NCBI GenBank assembly: GCA_030765185.1
Contig: JAVCDE010000024.1
Span: forward strand, 123,538 to 187,537
Reading direction: 5' to 3'
Source of the DNA: Candidatus Aceula meridiana
Lineage (GTDB): Bacteria; Omnitrophota; Gorgyraeia; Zapsychrales; Aceulaceae
Length of the DNA stretch: 64,000 bases
Under the pieces are notes generated by a model that was not told the origin of the DNA, did not search any database, and saw only the letters and a list, made by a program, of their open reading frames with translations. Made by a program: the position numbers and the translations under genes. This document shows, piece by piece, positions 20,716 through 32,465 of this stretch (its first letter is position 1; every line of letters starts with the position of its first letter).

Positions 20716-21894
20716 TTATTTTTTCTTTTTTAATATTTTTTTTGCTTCCTTAATAATTTTACCGGCCTTAACTTTGCCGAGGCCCTTAATCTGTGAAAGT
20801 TCTTCTGAGCTGCTTTCGGCAATGTTTCCTAAACTTTTAAAACCTTGTTCTGTCAATGCTGCAATAAGTTTATCTCCTACGCCGCTTAAATCTGCTAACG
20901 ATGATCCTTCGACAACAACTGAAGATTTCTGAGGTAAACTTTCCCCGTGTTCTGCCCATTGTGTTAAAGAAAAAACATCTAATTGCCAGCCAACCAGCTG
21001 ACTAGCCAGACGAATATTTTGTCCGTGTTTTCCAATGGCGATAGAAAGTTGGTCGTCGGGAACAACAACATTAGCGCGTTTTTCTTCTACGTTTAAATGC
21101 ATTTGAGCAATTTCAGCGGGTGACAAAGCTGCTTGAATATATGTCCGCCTGTCTTCAGCATAGCGAACGATATCAATTTTCTCTCCATGCAACTCTGTAA
21201 CAATACTTTTAACGCGTGAACCACGCATACCAACGCAAGCTCCGACACAATCAACCTTTTCTTCTTTTGACTGAACAGCAATCTTTGTACGTTCTCCTGC
21301 GTCACGGGCGATTCCTTTAACCTCAACAATTCCATCATAAATTTCTGGAACTTCCAGCTCAAAAAGGCGCTTAACAAGCTGCGCGTTCGAGCGAGACAAC
21401 ACAATCTGAGGACCTTTGCTTTCACGACGTACATCCAAAACATAAGCGCGAATACGGTCCCCTTGTCTAAACTCTTCTTTGCTAGATTGTTCGCTACGCG
21501 GGATAAAAGCCTCTGCCTTAGCTAAATCAACAATGATGTTGCCTTTGTCAATACGATAAACCGTACCATTAACAAGCTGCCCAATGCGCGCATAATATTC
21601 GCCAAAAACAACATCTTTTTCAGCCTCGCGTATCTTCTGAATAACAACCTGTTTCGCAGTCTGAGCTGCGATGCGGCCAAAATCTTTTGATTTGATTTCC
21701 TCACCATCGGCATAAGCGGTAAGCTTTCCACTTTGGCGGTCCAAAACAACTTGAATCTCTTGCTCTTTGTCAACAGTCCATATTTTTCGGGCTGCAGAAG
21801 CTACCGCTGATTCAACAGCCTCAATTAAAATTTCTTTGTTGACCCCCTTGTCCCGCTCAATTTGATCTAAAATAATCAGTAGTTCACTATCCAT
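20716..21894 (-). CDS. nusA: Transcription factor NusA
   Basis: FGRIAAQTAKQV, S1 domain, LFELEVPEI, GACVG.RG.R, AIGK.GQN.RLA, C-terminal HhH. Confidence 0.98.
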   Translation of the reverse strand: MDSELLIILDQIERDKGVNKEILIEAVESAVASAARKIWTVDKEQEIQVVLDRQSGKLTAYADGEEIKSKDFGRIAAQTAKQVVIQKIREAEKDVVFGEYYARIGQLVNGTVYRIDKGNIIVDLAKAEAFIPRSEQSSKEEFRQGDRIRAYVLDVRRESKGPQIVLSRSNAQLVKRLFELEVPEIYDGIVEVKGIARDAGERTKIAVQSKEEKVDCVGACVGMRGSRVKSIVTELHGEKIDIVRYAEDRRTYIQAALSPAEIAQMHLNVEEKRANVVVPDDQLSIAIGKHGQNIRLASQLVGWQLDVFSLTQWAEHGESLPQKSSVVVEGSSLADLSGVGDKLIAALTEQGFKSLGNIAESSSEELSQIKGLGKVKAGKIIKEAKKILKKKK

Positions 21895-21914
21895 TAAATT
21901 GTCCTTCCTTTATA

Positions 21915-22367
21915 TTATATAGCTTGCTTTGCATTATTAACAGTATCAAAAGAAATCTGACGTATTTCACCTTCAACATCGATAAAAAGGCAGCCATCCC
22001 TAACGGAATGGATGCTCCCTTCATATTCAAATCTTTCATCAATGGGTATTCGCAAAAAAACTTGCACCTTTTTCCCAATATTACGTAAAAAATCTTTTTC
22101 CGTGCATAACGGCCTATCAATCCCTGGTGAAGAAACCTCTAAGGTATAACTTCCTTCAAAAATGTTCTCTTCCTCTAGCTCTCTTCCGATGTCCTTATTA
22201 AGTCGTGCACATTCCTCAACAGTAATTCCGCCTTCGGGCTTATCCGCTAAAATCTGAATCAAATGATTCTTTCTTTGATGGTCAATAATCAATTCAATCA
22301 ATTCAAGACCCTTGTCTTTAAGGTGCTTTTCGGCAAGCTCAAGAATTCTTTCTTTTACCTGATCCAT
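21915..22367 (-). CDS. rimP: Ribosome maturation factor RimP
   Basis: GGITVEEC, YTLEVSSPGIDRPL; precedes nusA. Confidence 0.96.
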   Translation of the reverse strand: MDQVKERILELAEKHLKDKGLELIELIIDHQRKNHLIQILADKPEGGITVEECARLNKDIGRELEEENIFEGSYTLEVSSPGIDRPLCTEKDFLRNIGKKVQVFLRIPIDERFEYEGSIHSVRDGCLFIDVEGEIRQISFDTVNNAKQAI

Positions 22368-22368
22368 T

Positions 22369-23622
22369 TTACTTTAGAATCTCTTTCATCTTCTTTACAG
22401 CATCTTCTTTGGCGACAACTATGACCTCGCCAGTGCGTCGGTCTTTAATTTCAACCTTGCCTTCAGCAAACATACGTTTTCCAATCATAATCCGATAAGG
22501 AATGCCGATTAAATCTGCATCATTAAATTTCTTACCCGGACTTTCTTCTCTGTCGTCAGTCAAGACATCGATGCCGCTCTGCGAAAGCTCCTTTTCATAA
22601 TCATAAGCTAATTGCAATATATCTTTATCGCTAACCTGTAAAGGCAAAATCTCTGCGTCAAAAGGCGTTATTTCTTTCGGCCAAATAATTCCACCTTCAT
22701 CATTATTTTTCTCAATGATGGTTGCGAGTAGACGGCTAACCCCGATTCCGTAGCACCCCATAATCACAATTTGTTTTTTTCCTTTTTCATCTAAAAATGA
22801 TACGTCCAAAGCTTTCGAATATTTTGTCCCAAGCTGAAAAATATGGCCAATCTCAATAGCAGGTTTCTTTTTAAGCTTTTCCTTTTTGCATTTTGGGCAA
22901 GCCTGGCCCTCTTTAGCCTCACTTATGCCAAGTGCATGACCGCATGCTGGGCATACTAAAACTTCGTCTTCACCTATTTCAGCTGGAACCATGTACTCAT
23001 GAGAGATATCTCCTCCCATGGCTCCTGAATCTGCCCCAACAATAACGACATCAAGCCCACAACGAGCAAAAATTTTCTGATAAGCACTGTACATAAGCTG
23101 ATAATTCTTTTCAAGGCCTTCCTTGTCGCGGTCAAAGCTATACGCATCCTTCATAATAAATTCACATGCACGAACGATACCAAAACGTGGACGCATTTCA
23201 TCACGAAACTTTGTCTGAATCTGATAAAGAACAAGTGGAAGCTGCTTATATGATTGAATGTGATTTTTAACCAAATCCGTTATAGCCTCTTCATGCGTCG
23301 GGCCTAAGCACATCTGTCGGCCCTTTTTATCTTCAAACCGGATCATGACATCTTTTAAAGTTTCATCCCGGCCTGTTTTTTTCCACAAATCCATCGGCTG
23401 TAAACATGTTAAAAAAAGCTCTCGTGCGCCAATCGCGTTCATTTCTTCATTAATAATTTTTTCTACCTTTCGAAGCGCACGTAAACCTAAAGGTAGATAC
23501 GAATAAACCCCTGAGGTTAACATTTGAACAAGACCGGCGCGCAAAAGAAGCTTATGACTTATCGCCTCAGTGCCTAACGGCGTTTCCTTAATCGTTGGAA
23601 TAAAAAATTGAGTCCATCTCAT
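22369..23622 (-). CDS. proS: Proline--tRNA ligase (short form, no INS editing domain)
   Basis: SHKLLLRAG, LGPTHEE, YQIQTKFRDE.RPRFG, EFIMKDAYSF, IEIGHIFQLG.KYS, MGCYGIGVSR. Confidence 0.97.
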   Translation of the reverse strand: MRWTQFFIPTIKETPLGTEAISHKLLLRAGLVQMLTSGVYSYLPLGLRALRKVEKIINEEMNAIGARELFLTCLQPMDLWKKTGRDETLKDVMIRFEDKKGRQMCLGPTHEEAITDLVKNHIQSYKQLPLVLYQIQTKFRDEMRPRFGIVRACEFIMKDAYSFDRDKEGLEKNYQLMYSAYQKIFARCGLDVVIVGADSGAMGGDISHEYMVPAEIGEDEVLVCPACGHALGISEAKEGQACPKCKKEKLKKKPAIEIGHIFQLGTKYSKALDVSFLDEKGKKQIVIMGCYGIGVSRLLATIIEKNNDEGGIIWPKEITPFDAEILPLQVSDKDILQLAYDYEKELSQSGIDVLTDDREESPGKKFNDADLIGIPYRIMIGKRMFAEGKVEIKDRRTGEVIVVAKEDAVKKMKEILK

Positions 23623-23786
23623 TTTGTGATCCTTTTATTCAAATCAAATTTTCATTTGATATTTCTCTCACCTTAAAACCATATAACAAAATGTTTAAAT
23701 GCAAAACGCCTTTGGCTGGGTTAACCCCACAAGTCGCAATAAATTAAGGCGCTGTGGCCCTGCGTGTGGATTTTGCATTAACAAAA

Positions 23787-25055
23787 TCAAAGTTCAAAAA
23801 GGTTACTTGGCAATTTTATATTACGTTTTTCAAACTTTTTCAAGAAAGACGGTTTGCGCTTTTTCAAAACCCAATTTCCTATGACCTTGCCGTCTTCAGT
23901 AATTTCCTTTTGATCAAAATAAAAAACGTCTTCTAAAATAACGTCTTTATTCTCACCATCATAATAAAGATCTGCAATGTGCGTAACACGCCGTTTTCCA
24001 TCAATAAATAATTCCACATGGACAATGAGATCAATAGCGCAGGCGATTTGGCGTCTAATTTCATCAACGCTAAGCTGTATTCCGCTCATTAAAAGCATAG
24101 TAACTAAACGGTTGTAGCAATCTGTAGGCGATTCCCCATGAACAATAGCCAGAGATCCTGAATGACCGCTGCTTATAGATTGAATCAAATCCAATGCTTC
24201 ACTGCCACGAACCTCGCCGATGATAATACGGTCTGGACGCATACGAAGCGAATTAACAAACAAATCGCGGATACTTACAGTCCCCTTACCTTCTACGTTG
24301 GCAGCTTTCGCCTGCAGTCTTACAACATGCTCTTTTTTAAATCCAAGCTCTGCGGTGTCCTCAATCGTAACAATACGCTCTTCCGAAGGAATATGCTTTC
24401 CTAAAACATTAAGAGCTGTTGTTTTTCCAGTACCAGTCGCTCCAGAAAAAATAATATTTAACTTTGCTTTAATTGCAGCAACCAAGAATTCTGCCATTTC
24501 CTCGTTAAACATTCCTAATTTTATCAAGTCATCGACAGTCTCAATTCTTGATGAAAATTTCCGAATAGTCACAATAGCCCCGCTTAAAGAAACAGGAGGA
24601 ATAACAATATTAACACGAGACCCATCTAGCAGCGAAAAATCAACATAAGGAGAAGACTCATCAACTCGCCGTCCAGACCCAGATGCAGCTAAAATTTTTT
24701 GAATCATATGTGAAAGTTCATTGCTACTCTCAAATTTCACATCGCTTAATTGAATTTTTCCATCTCTTTGAATAAAAATTTGAGTTGGTCCGTTAATCAT
24801 AATTTCACTAACAGATTCATCTTCCATGAGATCACGCACAGGCCCCAAGCTAATGACGGAGCTCACAATTTCACGAACAATAGAGCCTATTTCCTCCTCA
24901 TTTAAAACAATTTCGGCTTTCTGACAAATCACATCAATTGCCTTCAAGGCATAACGACGAAGCTGATCATCATCTATATTGTCTTTGGCCTTAACAAAGT
25001 CTGTTTCCGTGATAAGATACTGACGGACTAATCCTTTGACATTATCTAGAAGCAT
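23787..25055 (-). CDS. CpaF/TadA family secretion/pilus assembly ATPase
   Basis: VSEIMING, DESSP.VD, GSRVN, IRKF, Walker A GATGTGKTT, TIEDTAEL, LRMRPDRIIIGEVRG, GHSGS...H; AAGGAG SD. Confidence 0.93.
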   Translation of the reverse strand: MLLDNVKGLVRQYLITETDFVKAKDNIDDDQLRRYALKAIDVICQKAEIVLNEEEIGSIVREIVSSVISLGPVRDLMEDESVSEIMINGPTQIFIQRDGKIQLSDVKFESSNELSHMIQKILAASGSGRRVDESSPYVDFSLLDGSRVNIVIPPVSLSGAIVTIRKFSSRIETVDDLIKLGMFNEEMAEFLVAAIKAKLNIIFSGATGTGKTTALNVLGKHIPSEERIVTIEDTAELGFKKEHVVRLQAKAANVEGKGTVSIRDLFVNSLRMRPDRIIIGEVRGSEALDLIQSISSGHSGSLAIVHGESPTDCYNRLVTMLLMSGIQLSVDEIRRQIACAIDLIVHVELFIDGKRRVTHIADLYYDGENKDVILEDVFYFDQKEITEDGKVIGNWVLKKRKPSFLKKFEKRNIKLPSNLFEL

Positions 25056-25068
25056 ATCTTTTCTCCTT

Positions 25069-26160
25069 TTAAAAACCTATTTTTCCTGCAAAATAAACAA
25101 TTTTATCGAAAAATCCATAACGAGCAAAATCAGTGTAAAAAACAAAAAGAGCTAAAAGAATTATCATGCTTAAGCCCACACGATGAATTGCCTCATCAAC
25201 CTTTTTCGATAGAGGCTTACCGCGTAGTTTTTCAATTCCAAAAAGAAACAGGTGCCCACCATCTAAAACAGGAAGCGGTAAAAGATTAAAAATCGCTAAA
25301 CTTGCTGAAATAACTGACATCAAATAAACAACATAAGAGAATCCCAATTGTGCTGCTTCCTTTATCATATAAAAAATACCAACAGGACCGGTAACCGCAT
25401 CTTTTGCTGCCATCCCTCCTGTGACCATTAAATAAAGCGCTTTATATGTTGTTGTCGTAATCGCACCTAGTTTTTGCGCAGCCTTAACCACTGCAGACAA
25501 CGGTCCATATCGAAGAAGGATAATTTCTTTTTCAGGCCGCATACCTACAAAACGCGATTGAATTTTTTGCCCAAAAATATTTTCTGCCTCTTCTCCAACC
25601 GGATTAACAATCACATGAAATGGCGTGTTTTCACGAAGAACAAGAAAATCTAAGGACTTCCCCTTTGAGCGCGAAACAGTTTTCTGAAGGTCTTCCCAAT
25701 TCTCAATCTTTTTCTGGCCAATTTGCTTAACTGTATCTCCTACGAGAAGCCCTGCCTCTTGAGCAGGATATCCGTCGATTAGCTCTCCAACTTTTGGAGC
25801 CATAGTAGGATAGCCCACCATAAAAACTACACAAAAACAAATATAAGCAAAAACATAATTAACAATCGGTCCGGCCAAGACAATCAGCGATCTCTGACCA
25901 ATTGGCTTTGAATAAAATTCATTTGCCTTGCCCGTACAGTCATTCCGTTCGTCGCCCGCCATTTTAACATAACCACCCAAAGGAATTAAACAAATTAAAA
26001 ACTCTGTGCCCCCCTTAATGCGCCGACTTAAAAGTTTCGGGCCAAATCCAATAGCAAAACGCTCGACATGGACACCCATCTTCCTTGCCGTAATAAAATG
26101 CCCATACTCATGAACGATAACAAGAATGCTTAAAACAGTAATAAAAACAAGTGTTCCCAT
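25069..26160 (-). CDS. rseP: Intramembrane metalloprotease RseP
   Basis: HEYGH, GFGP, PLGGYVKM, AGP..N, PDZ domain, NLLPLPVLDGGH. Confidence 0.96.
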   Translation of the reverse strand: MGTLVFITVLSILVIVHEYGHFITARKMGVHVERFAIGFGPKLLSRRIKGGTEFLICLIPLGGYVKMAGDERNDCTGKANEFYSKPIGQRSLIVLAGPIVNYVFAYICFCVVFMVGYPTMAPKVGELIDGYPAQEAGLLVGDTVKQIGQKKIENWEDLQKTVSRSKGKSLDFLVLRENTPFHVIVNPVGEEAENIFGQKIQSRFVGMRPEKEIILLRYGPLSAVVKAAQKLGAITTTTYKALYLMVTGGMAAKDAVTGPVGIFYMIKEAAQLGFSYVVYLMSVISASLAIFNLLPLPVLDGGHLFLFGIEKLRGKPLSKKVDEAIHRVGLSMIILLALFVFYTDFARYGFFDKIVYFAGKIGF

Positions 26161-26164
26161 TTTT

Positions 26165-27316
26165 TTATCCCATCATTTTTTGGGCTTGTTGACGCGCCCA
26201 TTGATCTGCTTTTAAAATTTCTTTAATTCCAAATTTCTTAGCCGTTTGATGCTTCTTAACAACGCTCGAAACTACCTTGTAAATCTTTGAAAACTTTATT
26301 CTTCCCTTTAAAAAGGCTTCCACAGCCTCTTCATTGGCAGCGTTTAAAACGCTACCGAAAGTCTTTCCTTTTCGCGCAACCTCATAGCACAAGCACAAAG
26401 ATGGAAATTTCTTAAAATTCGGCTTTTCAAAAGTCAGCTGCCCCTGCTTAACAAAGTCTATGGCTCCAAGGCCTGTTTTCATCCTTTGGGGATATGTCAA
26501 GGCATACTGAATAGGAATGCACATGTCAGTGACACCTAGTTGGGCAATGACCGCACCGTCATCAAATTCAACCATCGAATGAACAATAGATTGAGGATGA
26601 ATAACGACATCAACCTCGTGAGCTTTTAGCCCAAACAGCCACATCGCTTCAATAATTTCAAGGCCTTTATTCATCAATGTTGCTGAATCGACCGTAATCT
26701 TTTTTCCCATTCTCCAGCGCGGATGCTTTAAAATCTTTTTAACAGGAATTGCGTCGAAACATTTTTGATCAACATCTTTTAAGGGACCACCCGATCCTGT
26801 TAAATAGACCTTCTTAACCTGTTCTCGCGCCTGCCCTTGAAGGCATTGAAAAATTGCACTCTGCTCACTATCAACGGGTACAATCGTTGCTTTGTGCTTC
26901 TTGGCCTCACGCATAATAATCGGACCAGCCATAACCAAAGCTTCCTTGTTCGCTGGAGCCACAATTTTTCCGTGCCGCACAGCAGCAAGAAATGGCTTTA
27001 AAGCAGCGCTTCCTTGGATTCCTAAAATAACGATGTCAACATCGCGCCGCGCAACAATTTTCTCAAGCCCATCGGATGCATTAAGAATTCTGACCTTACG
27101 TGGATGTATCCTTCTTTTTAAAAGAGCAACATTTTTATCATCTAAAGCAACGCATTTTGGATTAAACTGCTTTATTTGTTTTTCTAAAAGGCCGATATTG
27201 CGATAAGCACTTAGTCCGACAACTTTAAACCTTCCTTTAAAACGCTTAATAACTTTCAAGGCGTTAATTCCAATAGAGCCTGTCGACCCTAGTATAACGA
27301 CATTTTTTACGCTCAT
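26165..27316 (-). CDS. dxr: 1-deoxy-D-xylulose-5-phosphate reductoisomerase
   Basis: LGSTGSIG, ANKE.LV, PVDSE.SAIFQ, HP.W.MG.KITVDSAT.MNKGLE, NAANE. Confidence 0.97.
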   Translation of the reverse strand: MSVKNVVILGSTGSIGINALKVIKRFKGRFKVVGLSAYRNIGLLEKQIKQFNPKCVALDDKNVALLKRRIHPRKVRILNASDGLEKIVARRDVDIVILGIQGSAALKPFLAAVRHGKIVAPANKEALVMAGPIIMREAKKHKATIVPVDSEQSAIFQCLQGQAREQVKKVYLTGSGGPLKDVDQKCFDAIPVKKILKHPRWRMGKKITVDSATLMNKGLEIIEAMWLFGLKAHEVDVVIHPQSIVHSMVEFDDGAVIAQLGVTDMCIPIQYALTYPQRMKTGLGAIDFVKQGQLTFEKPNFKKFPSLCLCYEVARKGKTFGSVLNAANEEAVEAFLKGRIKFSKIYKVVSSVVKKHQTAKKFGIKEILKADQWARQQAQKMMG

Positions 27317-27317
27317 T

Positions 27318-28142
27318 TTATGTGGCATGCAAGGCTGAACTCATATAAAGGTAAAATGCCGGCGCGGAAAAAAGCAGGCTATCGATAACATCTAATATCC
27401 CACCCATGCCCGGCAATAATTTTCCAGAATCTTTTACGTTGCAGTCCCTTTTAATCATAGACTCAGATAAATCTCCCAATTGCCCAACAGCGCCAAAAAA
27501 AACACCAACAAAAAAGACACTAGCTAGCGTATAAGGAATTTCTGGTGGCAAGAGTGGCCAACACAAAACAGCAGTTATCCCACCGAATAAAAGGCTCGCC
27601 CACCATCCTTCTGCGGATTTCTTTGGGCTTATTTTTGGGATAAGGGCATGTTTTCCAAAACGACTTCCAATGATCAAGGCCCCAATATCTGCAGACTTTG
27701 TCACAAGTAAAATGAAAGCTAAAAGCCTCGCCCCATCAATGCCTGGAATCAAAAGGCGGATTTTAACTAAAAAACTAAAAAACCACGAAACATATAAAAT
27801 ACCAAAAAGCGTTGTAGAAATCCCAATGATTGCATTACGATTGTCTTTGCGTGAAAACTGTAGAAGCAAAAGTAACAAAAACCCCAAAACAATAAATAAA
27901 AGCTCCCAATTCTTCGTGAGCTCAAATTTTGTAAAAATCGACAATGGAATTAAAATACCAATAAAAATACCAACATAGCTATAAATTGGAATATCTTTTT
28001 TCTTAACTAAATAAAAGAATTCATATAAAGCTCCAGCTGTTAACGCAATGACAAAAGCAATAAAAAACCACTCATTGATGATGGCAAATGCCGTAAGCGC
28101 AACCATAATCGTAGAACTTGTAATTCTTTGTCTCGACATCAT
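27318..28142 (-). CDS. cdsA: Phosphatidate cytidylyltransferase
   Basis: Multi-TM protein; ISPKKS.EG, GDL.ES.IKR...VKDSG.LLPG.GG.LD..DS. Confidence 0.95.
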   Translation of the reverse strand: MMSRQRITSSTIMVALTAFAIINEWFFIAFVIALTAGALYEFFYLVKKKDIPIYSYVGIFIGILIPLSIFTKFELTKNWELLFIVLGFLLLLLLQFSRKDNRNAIIGISTTLFGILYVSWFFSFLVKIRLLIPGIDGARLLAFILLVTKSADIGALIIGSRFGKHALIPKISPKKSAEGWWASLLFGGITAVLCWPLLPPEIPYTLASVFFVGVFFGAVGQLGDLSESMIKRDCNVKDSGKLLPGMGGILDVIDSLLFSAPAFYLYMSSALHAT

Positions 28143-28864
28143 TATCCTTCCGATTTATTAACTTTACCGTAACGCCGTTCTCGCTTTTCAAATTCTTTTA
28201 GAGCCTTGAAAAATTCTTTCTTGTCAAACTCAGGCCAATGTTTTGAAGTAAAATACAACTCGCTGTAAGACAATTGCCAAAGTAAAAAATTACTAATGCG
28301 CTGTTCTCCGGAAGTCCGAATAAGAAGGTCAGGATCCGGAAAATCTTTTGTATAAAGCGCTAGGCTGATGGTTTCTTCGTCAATAGCTTCGCTATCAATC
28401 TGCCCTTTTTTTACATCTGATGAAATCTTTTTAACAGCGTCAACAATCTCTTGCCTTGACCCATAATTAAACGCAAGATTAAGCGTCATATTGGTATTAT
28501 CTTTTGTCTTTTCTTGCGCTTTATCAAGCTCTGAAAGAACTTCCTCAGGAACTCCTTGTCGCCTGCCAATGATATAAAAACGAATACCATTGCGGTTAAG
28601 TTTGTTAATCTTTTTCCTCAGATTGATGACAAGAGCACGCAATAACATCTTAACTTCTTTTTCAGGCCTTTTCCAATTCTCCGATGAAAAAGCGAACAGC
28701 GTTAATACTTTGACTCCAGCCTTATCAGCCGCTTCAACAATCTCATCGACACGACTAACGCCCTTTAAATGTCCGTAAGAACGAGGCTTTCTGTATTTCT
28801 TTGCCCACCGCCCATTACCATCCATGATGATGGCCACATGTTCTGGGATTTTCGTTGACCTCAT
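28142..28864 (-). CDS. uppS: Undecaprenyl diphosphate synthase
   Basis: HVAIIMDGNGRWA, FAFSSENWKRP, NYGSR.EI, LIRTSGEQRISNFLLWQ; start 28864 or 28888. Confidence 0.97.
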   Translation of the reverse strand: MRSTKIPEHVAIIMDGNGRWAKKYRKPRSYGHLKGVSRVDEIVEAADKAGVKVLTLFAFSSENWKRPEKEVKMLLRALVINLRKKINKLNRNGIRFYIIGRRQGVPEEVLSELDKAQEKTKDNTNMTLNLAFNYGSRQEIVDAVKKISSDVKKGQIDSEAIDEETISLALYTKDFPDPDLLIRTSGEQRISNFLLWQLSYSELYFTSKHWPEFDKKEFFKALKEFEKRERRYGKVNKSEG

Positions 28865-28922
28865 CTTCTCTCCTGCTATCTTTATCATCTAGCAAAAATT
28901 TATGTTAAAAAAATCAAAACTC

Positions 28923-28951
28923 AAATAAAATGGGGGATAGTTATCCCCCAT
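28923..28951 (-). terminator. Rho-independent terminator after the OmpA/coiled-coil gene pair
   Basis: ATGGGGGAT-AGTT-ATCCCCCAT inverted repeat followed on the minus strand by a T-rich tract. Confidence 0.75.
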
Positions 28952-29011
28952 CGTAAAAAAGCCTTAAACGATAACAAATCAAAAAATCCTATCGCATCAA
29001 ATCCCCAATTT

Positions 29012-29380
29012 TCATTTCTTTTTACCTGGGTCTGGTTGAGTCACCAAAACATTTTGTAATTCTCTTTGCAAAATGTCGTTAAGACGGTGCGCCTTTTCTA
29101 AATTAATTTTAAGGTCGGCGATAGCGCCTTTATCTTCTCTTAAAAGAGCCTCAAGGCCTTCAGCTTCTTTTTGCACCTTCTGAACCTGACCCTCTAAAAG
29201 ATGAATTTTGCTTTTAGATTTCTCGAGCTTCTCTTCTGCAACCATGCGTAGATAACGTTCTTCGTTTAAATCATTCTTTGCGAAGGACATCTTTTGGCTA
29301 GCCAAAATTGCAATTGCTAAACAAGCTACCGTTAGCAATACACATACGATTAATATATTCTTTCGTGATGCTTTATTCAT
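29012..29380 (-). CDS. Membrane-anchored coiled-coil hypothetical protein
   Basis: One N-terminal hydrophobic helix, then a heptad-like E/K/L-rich segment. Confidence 0.75.
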   Translation of the reverse strand: MNKASRKNILIVCVLLTVACLAIAILASQKMSFAKNDLNEERYLRMVAEEKLEKSKSKIHLLEGQVQKVQKEAEGLEALLREDKGAIADLKINLEKAHRLNDILQRELQNVLVTQPDPGKKK

Positions 29381-29389
29381 TGCGCAAAA

Positions 29390-30025
29390 TTATTTTAAAT
29401 TTTCCCCTTGAACCGAAGTTTTTTTCTTAATAGTATTTGGCAAAATCACAATTTCAACACGTCGATTCTTTTGACGCCCCTCTTTAACATCGTTTGATGC
29501 CACAGGCTGATATTCACCGTAACCAGTTGCGGATAAACGATCTGGGCGAAGACTTTGCTCATCAACCAAATAATGCAAAACACTCATAGCTCTTGCAGAT
29601 GATAACTCCCAATTTGATTTCCATCCAGATTTGGCAATCGGAACATTGTCTGTATGGCCTTCAACACCAACGTTTAGGTCGCTAACCGTTGTCTTTAAAA
29701 CACCCGCAATCTTATCTAATTTCTCAAAAGAATCATTTCGAAGCTTTGCTTTGCCTGAATTAAACAAAACCTCGGAAACAAAAGTAATAACAAGTCCTTT
29801 TTCGAGCATTTCGATAGAGACTTCCTTGTCATTAATTTCACCGCGAAGCCTGTCTTCAAGCTCAAGTTTAGCTCTTTCTAAATCACTTATTTCCCGCTTT
29901 AAGTGAGAAATTTTCTGGATATCTGAAGTTCTTCCCTTTTGGAAGACAACGGTACAACCGGTAAGACTGACAGTTAGGATAACTGCAAAACAAATAAAAG
30001 CAAAAATTGAAGTAATTCTACGCAT
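29390..30025 (-). CDS. OmpA/MotB-type peptidoglycan-binding lipoprotein with coiled coil
   Basis: Lipobox LTGC; VLF.SG.A, VEGHTDNVPI, NWELS..RA..V, GYGEYQP, NRRVEI; GGAGG SD. Confidence 0.92.
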   Translation of the reverse strand: MRRITSIFAFICFAVILTVSLTGCTVVFQKGRTSDIQKISHLKREISDLERAKLELEDRLRGEINDKEVSIEMLEKGLVITFVSEVLFNSGKAKLRNDSFEKLDKIAGVLKTTVSDLNVGVEGHTDNVPIAKSGWKSNWELSSARAMSVLHYLVDEQSLRPDRLSATGYGEYQPVASNDVKEGRQKNRRVEIVILPNTIKKKTSVQGENLK

Positions 30026-30048
30026 TTTCTCCTCCTTTTTAATAATTC

Positions 30049-30077
30049 ACATTAGCATATGGTTATTTTAAAGTCAA
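30049..30077 (-). promoter_or_regulatory. Putative sigma70 promoter with extended -10
   Basis: Minus-strand TTGACT-N17-TAATGT with TGc before the -10. Confidence 0.55.
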
Positions 30078-30116
30078 GCGAATACTAACTACACTATTTA
30101 CCAATAAGATACGTCT

Positions 30117-32443
<2,327 letters not shown>

Positions 32444-32465
32444 TAAAATTTAAAAATTGCAATTC

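Noticed and set aside
23698-23779. Resemblance to the 3' half of a c-di-GMP-I riboswitch, or a T-box leader for proS
   Set aside because: The GNRA-capped P2 stem and the T-box consensus are absent. It is kept only as an unassigned structured element.
29390-30025. Flagellar stator MotB
   Set aside because: It has a lipobox instead of the MotB TM helix with the conserved Asp, and no motA or flagellar genes are nearby.
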